A stretch of 64,000 nucleotides of DNA from Balanoglossus misakiensis (taxonomy: Eukaryota; Animalia; Hemichordata), in the NCBI GenBank assembly GCA_040954595.2, contig CM082581.2, positions 9,589,878-9,653,877 on the forward strand, read 5' to 3'. A program made the position numbers and the translations under genes. The notes beneath the pieces were generated by a model. It was not told where the DNA came from, ran no database searches, and saw nothing but the letters and a program-made list of their open reading frames with translations. This document shows, in pieces, positions 23,855-37,824 of this stretch. Position 1 is the first letter of the stretch. Each line of letters starts with the position of its first letter.

Positions 23855-26800
23855 ATGGCGGCCTCCATGGGAGAGCATGTGGATGTCCCTTCTGCAATAG
23901 AAGTCAGACAAATAGACGAACTAAAGGTAGTAATCAAGACGACGATAATCCACGACTGGAGTGTGTGGAAAGACATCTTCACTTGGCATATTTTCATGCG
24001 TCAGTAATTTCTGTGGTGTAAAAATCAGCTATGGTGATGCAGGTGACGCAGTTACCATGGCAATGCCGAGCCTTTGTCCCCCCCCCCCCCCAATATTGAG
24101 TTTGAATCGGGGCATGCAGTCATAGCCGGTATACCCCCCCCCCCCCCCCAATATGAAATGGTTCACCCTTAATAATTAATTACGTTTCTATACTTCCATG
24201 ACAATTTCTGGTATTGAATTAATATATTATGAACGTATATACTAGACAATATAACAGACAATCACTATAAATGTGTGAGTTATTTTGTGTGTGTGTTCCA
24301 GGGCAATGGCGTATTTGCCACAAAATCCTTCAACAAAGGGGACATTATCTTCAGGGAAAAGCCGCTGGTTTGTGCCCAGTTTTTGTGGAATGAGTTTTAC
24401 AAGTACCAAGCCTGTGATTACTGTATGAAGTCTCTGGAAAGCAGCCAAGAGATGGCCAGCCGGTTGTCTGGCAACCAATCACTGGTACTGCCACACCCAC
24501 AGTGCTGTAGTGTCAACAAGGACCAGCATGTCCTGTGCCCTGCATGCCAGGTACCTGTGGTTTAGAGTGACAGATTTTAGTGTTATGTATTAAACTGAAC
24601 CAAAGAAGACTCTCATGCACCAGTTCATTTATTTTGCTTAAGATCCTCCACTTTCCTATTTAGCTCCTGTCCAAAGTATGTGCACTTTAATACATGTTAA
24701 TTTAATAGTGGTATTTTCATCTTTGCAGACTTTGTATTGTAGTAAAGAATGCCAGGATGCAGCTTGGAAGCAATACCACCAAGTGCTGTGTATGGGACAA
24801 TCACCGGTTGATCCAGAACATCCGTTGGCAAGGTTACAAGAAATGTGGAGGTAGGTTCTTGGCATGATCGTAGATACACTCTCTATTAAGTCTAGAATCT
24901 TGTTTTATTCACACACGGGAATTGACTTGATTATTCTTTTCTTTTTTCACAGGAACATACATTTTCCACCAGAAACTGCCAGTATAATGTTAATTGCCAA
25001 AATGATTGCCACCTGTAAACAGGTAAGGAAACACAAAGTTTTGATGATTTGGAATTCTCCTGTTTCTTAGCCAAAAGCTTGACATTCATCAGATTCAGCC
25101 ACACTCAAAAGCAACCGTGCTCAGACACAGTAAATTTAATCTATACAATGTCAAAATATTCTGTGTTTGTCATCTTTACCAGACTCAAGACAAAGAGGCT
25201 GTCATCTCAACGTTCTCAAGATTCAGAAGAGCTGCAGTGAATGAAGAGCAGCAGTTAGTGCACAAGTTGCTAGGGCAACAGTTTAAGGTGTGTAAATTGT
25301 CTGAACATTTGAAAACTAAGCGCTGTACAATACAACACTGCATGCTAACATCAAAAAGTCGATGGTTGATATGCATCACTCTGTTATCGTCTAAAGTTTT
25401 TGTTCGCTTACAGGATCAGATTGATCATCTACTGCCATTGTTGATAGAATCTCTGTACGAAGAAAGTTTAGCCCAGGTGAGTAATTAAACTTGCATCTAA
25501 TGACACTGTCCTCTGCCTTCTATCTGCATTGTACACTGGCCAGCTGTGTTCTGGAACAGGCTCATAATTTTTTTTTTGTCCCAAAATCTTGACCAGCCCG
25601 TGGAATGAAACTGTTGATTTTGTTTGAACTCCCTTATAGTGGTTTACTCCTGAAGGCATACGGTCACTGTTTGCTCTTCTTGGAACCAACGCCCAAGGTG
25701 TGGGAACGAGGTAAGCAATTTGCAGATTTCTTGAGTGAACACAAGAGGCCCTCCAGGCTCATCTGTTACAATTACCTGTTATGTACACTCTTTGCAGGTG
25801 CAGAAAGTCATTTCTGGTCCTTATGTAGGATTTTTATCACAACGCACCAAACACATAGCAATGTGCCCAAAGAAAATGTAAATGTGTAGTTACTGGTTCT
25901 ACCACAATTGCTAACATTTCAGCTCGCTAAGTGTGTATGTGCACAACTGCGATGCATTGGAGTTGAATGAAGATGACAGACAGACGTTGGATGCGTTTAT
26001 AGATCAGCTCTATGTTGATCTTGAAAAGAGTAAGCCAACTTTAAACTTATTGTTTAGCTGGATCATTGAGCAGCTCAGTATACACATAACTGTATCAGTG
26101 ATATTATCATGTATTTCTTACTTACAAAGATACATTGTAGTATGTAATATTCATATTCTAAATCCACAGATGTGGTTTATTTCAGAATCTGGAACATTTC
26201 TGAACTGTGAGGGCTCTGCGCTCTATGCTCTACAAAGTTGCTGTAAGTATAGAAGACAACTGTAATAGATTCAACTCAATTCAACTTTTACCTATCTTGC
26301 CCATACATCCTTTCATTTGTCTCCCTCCAGGTAACCATAGCTGCGTACCCAACGCTGAGGTCACGTTTCCCGACAACAATGCCACCCTTACTTTGGTTGC
26401 TATGCAACACATCCAGGAAGGGGAGGTAAGCAGGATGGACATTTTAGACTGGAAAACTAGACTAGAGTTTATCCACAGTACAAGTGACATGACAGTCACA
26501 CCTAACATGTAAGCACTGGTCCACCGTATGTATGTAAAGACACTAATGCTGACCCAGACCCATGAATGTGGAGAACATATTAATGCTTGCCAACTTCAAG
26601 ATGTGAACAAAAGACTTGTATTGTTCTTATTTGCAGGAAATTTGTATATGTTATCTAGATGAATGCAATCGTGACAGAAGCAGACACTCGAGGCAGAAAT
26701 ATCTCAGGTATGTTCAAATGAGCTCACATAACACAGTCAGTAGATAACATGATGAAAGGCAAATCAGGCGCGATCTGCTTCTTACCAACTTTGTATCGTC

Positions 26801-26942
26801 ATTTTTTTTTCTCAGAGAAAACTATTTATTTAACTGTGCCTGTGACAAATGCCACTCTCAGTGTGATGATCCAGATGTGACAAGTGACGAGGAAGAGGAG
26901 GATGATGATGAAGATGACAGGGAAGAGATGGAAGACGTCTGA
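23855..26942 (+). CDS. SMYD5: SET and MYND domain-containing protein 5 (lysine methyltransferase)
   Basis: 12 exons: 23855-23926, 24302-24550, 24729-24850, 24953-25022, 25183-25287, 25414-25476, 25640-25710, 25923-26029, 26186-26242, 26331-26425, 26637-26707, 26816-26942. MAASM start, [51 protein letters not shown] and an acidic tail ending EMEDV, all typical of SMYD5. Confidence 0.96.
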
Positions 26943-27732
26943 ATCTTAGTCCACAGTAGAAACATTTGAATTCATTTTGGTCTGATTTTGGGCGGTTTCT
27001 GGATGTGGGCATTTCAAATCCTTAAGTACATGGGCCAAACAACTGTGAAGAGCAACAAAAAACAAAGAAACAAGAAATTGAAACTGATGGATTTAATGCT
27101 GAAAATATTGTACTGCGTAAATGAAACCAGTACTAGTTCAATACAAAATATGACAACCAATATATCATCTAAAAGCTTAAATGCTTTCTTTACTAACCCT
27201 ACAGGCAAACTGCTGTGGTACACATAGTCTCTGATATTAAAACGTGGATTCACTATATTTGCAAATTATGTACAAAAAGGATAGAAGGCTCATATTTGGT
27301 TCTGTATCCACACAGGCAATACATAAACTGAAATTCTGCAAATGCTGGGGCAACATGGTCTTAATTCTCACAGAAGCCTGCTCCATAGTCAAAGAAAGCT
27401 TTCCTCGCAATTCTCTCCATGTAGGGCAGTTATCATGCTTCAAACAATATGAGTGCATATCTACATTGCCAGGCGTTTGTGTATAAAAAGCACAACAGGC
27501 TCAATGAATTACTAGTAAAGTACATGAACAATCTCTTATCTCTACACCTGGAAACTTTTGACACAGAAATGGCAGTATTATATTTAGGACAACTGTCCAC
27601 CACATGTATCTTTTTGTAAAACTTTACTGGCAATAAATGATGAATGAAAAAAACAAGAAATAATGTCATTTCATTCAGCATGCATGTATTGCTGCCAATG
27701 AACAAAGAGCAACGGAATATGTCGCCAGAATT

Positions 27733-30700
27733 TCAGACTTCTCCCCTTCTCTCCATGGTTCTCCACTTGTCCTTTAAGTTCACGTTTGTGCGGTTGTTGA
27801 ACTCGAAAGAGTTCAATACCATTTTCCAGTTGCCGGTCCCGTACAGATTCACTCCCCGTTTCAGATTGGCTATTTCCTGTTCTGACCATGGGCGTCTAAA
27901 ACCGCCTGATGTCTTGATCTTGCTTGGTGTGGTCATCTTCCTTGGACTGAAATTGGGCAAGGTTGGCAGTCGTGATGGTGCTGTCAGAATAAAAGCCAGA
28001 TCGAAACAAAAATAAGAAAAGCGTGACTTGACACTGGTTTCCTTTTAAGCATAAAGAATCTCATTTTATGGTATTATGTCATTCGCAGGAAATTATCTAC
28101 TCACGTGTAGCGATGTCCGAGTCAGAATCTGACCATGTGACTACTTCGCCCTGTATCTCGTTTCCACCGCCACGGAGATGATATCTGTGTTGAAGACGCT
28201 TTTTGTCCCTGAAACGGAAAATTTGTGAGAAATACAGCGTTTCAACAGAGTGAATATCAAAAGCCATGATCAGGGGAATATTCATAGAATCACCGCATTC
28301 ACATTATTTACCTGCGAGGAGTTGTGTCTGCACTGCTATCATCATCAGCACCATCTTCCAAGGATTTTCCGTCCACGGGGTCAACTTGATCCACTGATGA
28401 CTTCGCACTATTTCCACCTGTGCGAGTTTCGCGTCTGGATTTCAACTTCTTCTCTGGAGACACATGTCCGCGCCCTTCCACGTCACTCTCCTCCTGCTCG
28501 CTGATTCCGGGGTCCCTGGAGCGTTTCCGCCTCTTTGCATCTTCCTCGTCCTTCGTCTGGTTGTTGTTGTTGTTTTGGCTTCCATCGTCGCTGTCTGCAG
28601 AGAGAGTGATGTGTTAATTTTACGTGTCATTTGTCCCACTTTCAGTTTTACATGTACATCTTAAGGCCCTCAGTTCTTACGAGGATCAATACAGTACTGT
28701 AATTATATAACTTGGCTGAAAATGGGTATAAATCGTCTAGAACACACTGCGACCTCTTACCTGTTTCCTCTACATATATTCTATTCTTGTTTGGACTCTT
28801 TGCTTGAGAACTCTGAAAAAACGAAGATATAGTCATAAAAAACATGCTACGCTACAAACAGGAAGATGTTTGTTGGCAATTTTCTAATAATCTAATTCTT
28901 CAGATTGTTGAAATACAGACTATACCTCAATAGTTCACAACTTAATTACGATTACCTAATTCAATATGCCTCTTGGTTATTATAAAGAATGCGTAGATAC
29001 ACAGAACAGACTGTGACAGTACTAAAAAAAGAGTTACAGGTATTACTCCAATGATTTTCTTGCTTTTTAACAGATTCGGGATTGTACCTGTGTTTTCCTC
29101 AGCCTCTTTCCTTTTCCTTTTCTTGATCGGCCAGCTCTTGAAGTTGACCCACACTGATAGTAAAATTGAAAGCAAGAAACAATGATAACAGGTTTATGCC
29201 ATGACGCAAGCATGACTCACAAGAAATTCAAAATCGCAGAGTCTAATGGCAAATGGTCTATTCGGCCTGGCTATACAGTGTATTTGTGACACAAGTGGTG
29301 CAATTCAAGTAAATAAATATACACAAGAGATTCACCCGTGCTGTCCTCAGTTCAGCCATGATCCTAGAATCAAAATTCTTCACTTTATTCCACCCTCGTG
29401 CATTGTCGCTTTCCAAACGCATAATTTCATAACAGTTCCTGAGCTCGGAGCCATTTACCTGAAAATCTTTCCTGTAGAAATATAAAAATATGCATGGGTT
29501 GGTGGTTAGTCATTTTTGGTCGGGCCAGGTCAGATTAATGATAACTGTCTGTACAATGTACTGGTCTAAAGCAGTGCTAAAACATTGAGCACTTAAGGTG
29601 TTCTAACATGCATCTAAATGTCTAGCGTCCATACCCCTTTTCACAGCTTTCTTCCATTTCCTTCTTGCTTCCTTCAGCAGTCTCATCTTCTTTGCCACCA
29701 GCATTTTCCTCTTCAACATCAACATCCATCTCATCACTATCAATCTGGGTCTCATCTTCACATTTTTCTCTAGTAAGCTTCTTCTTCACAACCTGAAGAT
29801 AATTTAGTTCAAGAACTGTCCATGACTACATGGCAGAAAAAACTAAGGGGAAAAAATCTCAGCAAAATAATGTCCATAGACAGAATTGCTCATATGAGCA
29901 AACAAAGTAAACCCGAAGTCATAATGAATAATTTTCTGAAAAATAAACATCATCACTTACATCGAGTAGAAAAGGCGTCTTGAAGTTTTGATGAACTTTT
30001 TCCAAGATTTTTACGATGGCCTTGTGGAACCTCTCATACGAGTTGTGTCTGATGAACTTCTGTTTTTGCACACCAGTTTTGTATTTCAAGATCTTGGCTA
30101 ATTCATCTTTCACTGTCTATAAAGAAAAACAAATATTTCATATTATCTTCAAGTACAAGCATGAGTATAGTACAGTTTTAAGAATGTTTGTTAATTTGCA
30201 TACCTGTAATACATTTCTGAAAGTAGAACATCTATCTGTACTCACCTGTTCCTCTGCTGAAAGATTTTCTTCATCCCATAGCCTGTGGAATACATCTTGT
30301 GCTTTATTGTGATTACCGACCTGAATGCACACAACCACTGCCTAGAAATGAAGACAAGGGAGGATTAATTCTCACAAGTTTTTTTTTTACAGTCAGTGGG
30401 GGTCAAATCACATAATTTATTTAGGTGAACTCTGTACTATATAATCCTAGCTCAACTGGTGGTGTAAAGCTACTGACAGCAAAATTACCAGCTATGGACA
30501 CTGCCGTTAACAAGTGATGTCAGTGCACTAACGTGGTGGCGATACTATACTTATACAGCAGATGTACCTGTTTACGTATCAGTATTCTTGCTGTCTGTAC
30601 GTCATCATCATCCAAGCACTCTGTTCTCGCTGTTATGTTTTCGAATATGCCCAAAGCTGTTTCCAGTGGAGTTCCTTCTGCTGTGTCCATATACTCGGTG

Positions 30701-31213
30701 TCCGGATCAGAGCCATCCACCAATCGGGACAACAGATGCAGGAATGCTATCATTTTGAATTCTTCCTCATCTTTTCTGACGTTGACAGCACGGATTACAC
30801 CTGTAAACAAAGCAGGCAAAACTGTAGGATAACATCATTTTTGACCGTATAAAGATGTTCTTGTGAAAAGATTAAAAGGACAGAAGCTTTAACTTTAGTA
30901 TTATACAGATTTTCCCTATCTTATACTCAAATTTCTTCTTCTATATATCTGGTCTACTCCCTACACTACAGTACACACAAAATCGACGACCACTCTCGCC
31001 AGGTCAGAGGTTGAATGTCTCACACGAGTTGGGTGACTGGGAATATAGGATACTTTTGATCTTACCAGCATAAAGATCCCGTCCAGTTTTTCTGTCGACC
31101 TTGCAGTGTTGCTTGAACTCTTCCCAGTATTCATGTGTTGCTAAAGCAAGATGCAATCGATGGAAACTTTCATACACTTCCTCGATCCCGGCGACGCCGT
31201 CATTTACCGCCAT
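27733..31213 (-). CDS. TERF1/TERF2-like: Telomeric repeat-binding factor (TRF1/TRF2 family): TRFH-like N-terminal domain, charged linker, C-terminal telobox Myb domain
   Basis: About 11 exons (31213-31066, 30800-30568, 30341-30246, 30116-29961, ~29792-29635, ~29471-29336, ~29152-29088, 28812-28761, ~28594-28312, ~28208-28105, 27980-27733). TRFH-like LLSRLVDG...TPLETAL...KQAVVVCI; Myb domain RRPWSEQE...LKRGVNLYGTGNW...RTNVNLKDKWRTM. Confidence 0.9.
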
Positions 31214-33265
31214 TTTGTTTGAACCTGAATACCCACGGTTTCAGATTCGAGCTCGGATTCGGATTCTAGTCCGAATACAGTGCACAACCGCGCCACCCTT
31301 TGAAGATGACAAAACTTCACTGCACTAGCCCCCCCCCCCCCCCCCCCCCCCTCGCGCGCCAGCGCATTTTGTATATCCAAGTTGATATTTTCGAAATTGT
31401 GGGCTGAGGCCTACATATAAATACTACAATGTAAACATTATGGTAAAACGCGTTTCCAAGACCCCAAACTATCGTCATACAGATGCATTGTTGGATAAGA
31501 TGAACAGCTTTTTCTTTAAAGGGTTTGTGACATGCTTTAAAAGTTTTCATTTTTCCCCGTCAAAAGCTCACTAGGGATGTCGGAAACGTTTTCTTGGCGG
31601 CCTATCCGTCAGTCTATTGGAAGTTGTATGACTATAGACTTGGGGATGGTCGCCGTAATGCAAGTACATGTAATGTATCGATCTAAGCAAACAACTTGGG
31701 ACCGACTCAATGCACGTGACAAGCATTCCAAACTTTCCCAATGCAACAATTACAAAATTTACAGACGTCTCCAGCTCCCTCGTCACGTGGCCATGACGTC
31801 GGGCCATTCTTTATTTTTGGCGTCGTCGCGAGTCGGACGGAACAGGTAAGAGTTTTCCTGTAGTTTTCATGCAAGACAGATCGCGGATAAAACGAACTGG
31901 TTTACAATTCAAAATTTAGGATTTGATGAATTTTTGAATCGAATGTTTTTCGCACGGGGGGGGGGGGGGTTCAAGTTGCTGATCTACAATTGCAGAGCTA
32001 AACCGAACAAACGTCATCAGGTGTTTCCAGTCACTTTCAACTTTCACGCAAATTCTCGTCGTCGCACTAGGCCTGTGGAATCCGTATGCGCACGGTTCTA
32101 GTAACCGTGGTATGCGATAGTTTTGAATAAACTGTACTGAGACGTGCAAAATATACAGTAATGGCAATAAAGATGTTCTGTCGCCTGAATTTTGTGAGGT
32201 TAAAATATGAGAAAGGGTAGAAAACTTTGATTTTGAGGTGCCTAGTGTTCTATTTAACTTTTTTTTCATTTCCGTGTTCTGCATCACGTGAGCATGTATT
32301 TGTGGCGAGTCAGCCTGAAATTGATGAGTCTGGTCTTGAGCATACAATTCTTATCATGACACTTAGCGTCTGCTTACAGATTTAGCAAAACAGCGACAGA
32401 GCCTCTATAATTTCAAACTTAGTGTGAGTTTTACAGTGACATTCACCATTGTCGACGGTGGTAATCAGTTAGTAACATCTCTTTTGCTCCGTCTAGTGTG
32501 TTGAGTTTCCCATTTCCCACGTATTGTACTGAATGTCGTGTTTGTACAAGTGACGTTAGCATTACGCACACCTGATTGATGCCTGGCCGGCAATTTAAAA
32601 GTGACCTGGTCAGCGGCGAACATATACCTCACACGACACGACAGACTATTAAATCATTTCGTAATGAGAAGCCAGCACTGAAAGTTAAGTAACACCGTTC
32701 GATAAAAGGCAGAGACATATTCAAGCGTGACTACTAGGCCTCCATACAATCTATTGACAAACGGCATTTTTGCACCTGTGAAGTAAGTATTGTTAAAATG
32801 AGGCACCCTCTTAGGTTATGATCTGTCCGAATTTAGATGTGTATTGGACCGTGTTTAAAGAAGGATTTTGTCCAGTCAGAAATGTCTTTCACGTGTTTTG
32901 TCGGCAATAGTTAATGATACGTTGCATGCCGGCTTCTTGGACTATAGCCATCTCCGCCACCCAAGCAAAGTTTACTCGGGCAGGGATTTCGTAGGGAGGC
33001 TGGTATATACAACCAAGCCGTACATCCGCCAGGTTTGAGATCTGCCTATTGAAATTCAGTTATACACTGTCAATATACACTTTCTCTTAAAGTGACACTG
33101 CAAACACCGTGGCGTAACGCAATGACTCACCATCCCCACCGTCCCTATACAATTACTCAGGAAAATGACATTATTTTTCATTAGTCCCCTATACCTTAAT
33201 GAAAGCGCTTGTCAACTTCTTGATTTCACGTTGGATTTTTACAATTTTAATTTTGTTCAGTAAAC

Positions 33266-34951
33266 ATGACTGAAACTATCACCACACTGCCCTACAAATC
33301 CACGCTCAGCGAAGCCGCCCTCGAGAAGGCCAGGCGCGAACTCAACGAAGATCCGGCAACCAGACAACAGAAAGTTAACGAGCTGCGAGACTTGTTCAAA
33401 ACCAGGCCGGACATAAAATTTCGACCAGACGACAGCTTTCTGCTGAAGTTCCTGAGAGCCAAGAAGTTCGACACGAAGCGGGCTTTCAAAATGCTGATAA
33501 GTTACTATGAGGTGAAGCGTTCCCACAAGGACATTTTTGACAACTTCTCGCCGTCAGCCGTCCAATATATCTACGACTCGGAGAATGAAATGATTTGTCC
33601 CGGAAGGGATAAAGATGGCAGAGCGGTGTTCATAATTCGTGTTGGTAAGCATCAACAGCTTTAGAGTTTAATTAATACTATACAAAGAGATTACATATAC
33701 ATAACGCATAGTACTAGTATACTGGGACGTCCGTTGATCTTCGTTTATAGCGAAGATTCCATTGGTCACCCATCACGTTGCTGATGTTGGTCTATTGGGG
33801 ACAGCAGCTTGGAGAACGAGAGTGCAGCTCGATGGTGTTTGATTGAGGGCAAAACTGAAGCTATGATGGTTCAAACTGAAACAGACCGCTGGATTGTCAC
33901 CAAATCGACAAGAAAATGCCAGTCCAGTTTACAATAATGCAAGGGCAATGCCGATTTGTGTAATTTACACATTGAATCTAATTGATTTTCAAAAAAAAGG
34001 TAACAGGAATTTCGATGTGGATGGCGTTTCGGAGAATATCAGAAGCGGGGTGACCATGACCGAAGCTTTGCTGTTGGATGAAGACATCCAAGTGAATGGC
34101 GTGGTGTTCGTATGTGACTGGAAAGGGTTGTCTGCAAAACACATGAAACATCTAGGGCCAATGGTGGTCAAGAAAGTGGCTGATATCTACCTGGTAAGAT
34201 TACCGTGAACCTTGACCTCCTGTACTTTTACTGTAGTATTAGTATCTTGCTGTGTCATTCCTTTTTATTGAGAACCACCACTATTCATGTGAATTTTCAT
34301 ATTGCAGAGTGCGATGCCACTGCGACTGAAGGCCATTCACATGGTTAACCAGCAAGATTTATTTAAAATTCTTTTCGGATTTCTTAAGCCTTTTCTAAGT
34401 CAAAAGATCAAGAACAGAGTAAGTGAGTCTGTTTTCTTCTCCTTCGGCCACGGAATCGGTGGAAATTTAAAACCTGTCCCGCTAGCCATAATACGATCAG
34501 CAAACTGTCAAAAGTGCGTATAAAGTAAAGCAAGTTTAAAATCGACTCAGTTTCGCAAATCTCACTACAGATCATGCATGTCGAAAAAACTCATAACATT
34601 GTTCATTTAAATTAATTATAAACCGAGATTGCGGTCAGCACTCAGCATTATTCATAACCTAATCCAGTAATATGACATTTTATGTCCATATTACAGATAT
34701 ATTTCCATGGAGACGAGTATGGCACACTGCACGAGCACATTCCATCCGCCATGTTGCCTTCAGACCTCGGAGGTCAGTTGCCCGGATATTCCAACAATGA
34801 ATGGATCTCCAGAACACTAGCGGCTGAAGAAGAGTTTGTCTACAACAGCCAGTTCGGTTTCCTGAAACCTGACGATATCCTCGGAAAACAAGAAACACAG
34901 ACTGATCCAGCTACAGGATTGACGGGGACTTTTAAGAAACTCATATTGTAG
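33266..34951 (+). CDS. CRAL-TRIO (Sec14) lipid-binding protein, TTPA-like/clavesin-like, copy 1
   Basis: Exons 33266-33644, 34000-34193, 34308-34418, 34697-34951. DDSFLLKFLRAKKFD, RDKDGR, QVNGVVFVCDWKG, PLRLKAIH, RIYFHG, LPSDLGG, GTFKKL. Confidence 0.92.
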
Positions 34952-36039
34952 TCAACCATCTCACTCGAGTTCTCGGTTAAAGTGAAAACATAGTCGATAT
35001 TTGAAACGCCTGTGTAAGATTGACACCTGCAGGTTTGACTTTTGTAATTTGTTGAGTCGAACATGAGTTGATGTTAAGAATGTTGTGCTTCAATAAATAC
35101 TTCATAAAGTGCTTCATAAAGTTGCTATCACAGATATAATGAACTGTACCAATAAATAACAGAAACGATATTTGCGATGTATTCTCAGCAGAATTTTACA
35201 TTATCATCACACTGCGTTGTAATATAACTGAGATATAAAGTCCGTTTTTAGTCAAACTGGATAAATAAACATGCGATGTCCAAAAAGCTGCTTATCTTGC
35301 ACATGTACATTTATCTAGATACACGACATTTGGCTTCACACCAATATTTATAGGTTAACTTCAGTTTTAACCTCGTGCTATGGTGTGTTTCGGAATTAGG
35401 CCAAAGGTTACTACCATACAAAAAGAGAAGGTCACCGTATCACGGAATAGATCATCGTTACCTGGTTCAATAGTCGTAGCATTTGCCACCGTAGAGTGCA
35501 GATGACACAAGAAGACACCACTCCATACACGAAACCCGTTTCCACAGCAACATCTGGTACTGCCACACAGGTGAGAAAACCGGCGGCTTTTGTGTCATAT
35601 TCAGAATTTTCAATGTCAAGCGGGGTTCATGGGGACTAAGTGCCACGTCATTGACTCCGGGTCATGGCTCAGGGCGGAATGTCAATTTTTTTTCCCAGTC
35701 GTTCAAAGTGCGTTTACGTTTCAGAGGACAAGCGGAGGGCATGCAGCTATCTGTTAATGTAGTCCGTCGCGAATGCTGTTTGTTTTATGCGTAGTCCATC
35801 ATTATCCTTGTATCAACATTGATCAAAATCGACTCTGGACCACATTCAACGGGGACTTATTGTTGTTCAGTTTTATTGCGAAAGTCTAAACATATCAGTG
35901 CAGATCTAATATCCATTACTTTCAAGTTTAATCCGTCTCTGGTTTAGCTATAACTTTAATTTCAAATATCAAAGACAAGTGTGTTTCGTATTCAATAGGC
36001 GTGAGTGTTGTGTGTGTTTTTTCTTCAATAGGCCTAATC

Positions 36040-37824
36040 ATGACTGAAACGACCCAAATACCGTACCAATGCACAATAAGTGAAGCAGCCCTTGAGAAGG
36101 CTAAGCGTGAACTCAAAGAAGACCCGGCAACCAGACAGCAAAAACTGGACGAGCTGCGAGATTTGTTCAAGACGAGACCGGACATCAAGTTTCGCCGAGA
36201 TGACGCGTTTCTGTTGCGATTTCTGCGGAATAAGAAATTCGACGTGGGAAGAACATTGAAGATGATGGTACACTACTACGAGGTCAGGAGAGATTACAAA
36301 GACATTTTCGGTGACTACAGACCATCAGCAGTTAAACATTTCTACGGCATGGGACAAGATTTCATATGCCCGGGACGAGACAAGGATGGACGGGTTGTTC
36401 TTGTTTCAAGAACAAGTAAGAAGTAACGTCTTTTTCAATTAATATTGATTTGATTGGTCAACTTTCCTAATTGGCTTCGCTCTGAGTTCAAATTCATGAT
36501 GGATGTGTGAGGGCGCTAGACCTATTAAGGGTGTCGGAAAGAGAAACTTCCGAGATACATCGTTTAGACCTTCATTTTATTCGCCCTATAGGAGTGGTAC
36601 AAAACCTCCCAGAGGCAATAGCTGTAACTTTTGACGTATTCTATAATATAATACGTACATTGTTTTGCTCTACTGAACTGAAACGTCAACAATTCTGGCC
36701 GTCGTAACCTCTATGTAACGGGTCGTGAAATCGGTGGTGACGGGGTTGATAACAAACAATGGTTCTTGAAACGTTCTCGTAACTTTACTTTTGTTTCAAC
36801 TCTACCAAAAATTCTAGGTATGTTGGATCTGGATAAGTACTCCATTTTGGATGGCGTGAAAACTCAACTGACCCTGATTGAAACCATGTTGTCTGATGAA
36901 GACGTGCAGGTTAACGGAATGGTGTACATCCTCGATACGGCAAGACTTAGTGCAAATGATTTGAAACATTCGGGACCTGCTACGTTTAAGAAAGCAACGG
37001 ACGTTTATCTGGTAAGGAACATAGTAAAAACACACTGCAGAATTCCTGGTTAATGTAACGCAAAGATATACGGTCCCCTGTGCATAGTTAGCCACAGTTA
37101 TCATGACATGTTAAAATCTAGCCAGTGGCAGATTTTCACGGCGGTGGCCACCCGAAGAAAACTGCGCCACAAAATAGTCGAAGATTGAGATTCACTATTT
37201 TAACCATATTCACTTATATGTGCGCGTTTAATTAATTTTCAGAACGCAATGCCGATACGACTGAAAGAGATTCACTTCGTTCGACAACCGGGTATTTTCC
37301 AGGCTATGTACACCGTTTTGAAACCTTTTCTGACGGAGAAGATTAAGAATAGGGTAAGGCTGTCGTTTATAAAAAAAACTACGTGTACCCTCGTTTGCAT
37401 TAGCGTTTCTGAAAGCAGGTACGAAAACCTTCAATGGCAAAGGGATGCCGGGTTTTAAAAGTGATGCGTGTAAACTTTAACGGATAAAACCTTTACTTTC
37501 ATCTCTTGAATATTGTCAACATTTTGTCTCTTTTCTAACCTGTGACATTGTGTATGTACTTTACAGATTCATTTACACGGTGACGAATACGGCACATTGC
37601 ACGAGTACGTTCCATCAGCCATGTTGCCCACTGAACTTGGCGGTCAAATACCCGGATTTGACAACAAGGAATGGATCCACAAAGCACTGGCAGCGGAAAA
37701 CGAGTTCGTCTACAACAACCAGTTCGGGTTCCTAAAATCGGCCGACATTTTGGGGAAGCAAGAAACGACGGCTGATCCAACCACTGGTTTGACAGGAACT
37801 TTTAAAAAGCTCCATGTTGACTAA
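36040..37824 (+). CDS. CRAL-TRIO lipid-binding protein, copy 2
   Basis: Exons 36040-36415, 36818-37011, 37243-37353, 37567-37824. Same intron positions and phases as copy 1; DDAFLLRFLRNKKFD, LPTELGG, GTFKKLHVD. Probable 5' UTR exon ending at 35570 (cag|GTGAGA). Confidence 0.93.

Noticed and set aside
31329-31969. C-run ... G-run bounded segment as a transposon
   Set aside because: Only the homopolymers are complementary; no TSD or further TIR similarity was found. Long G/C runs are frequent across the window.
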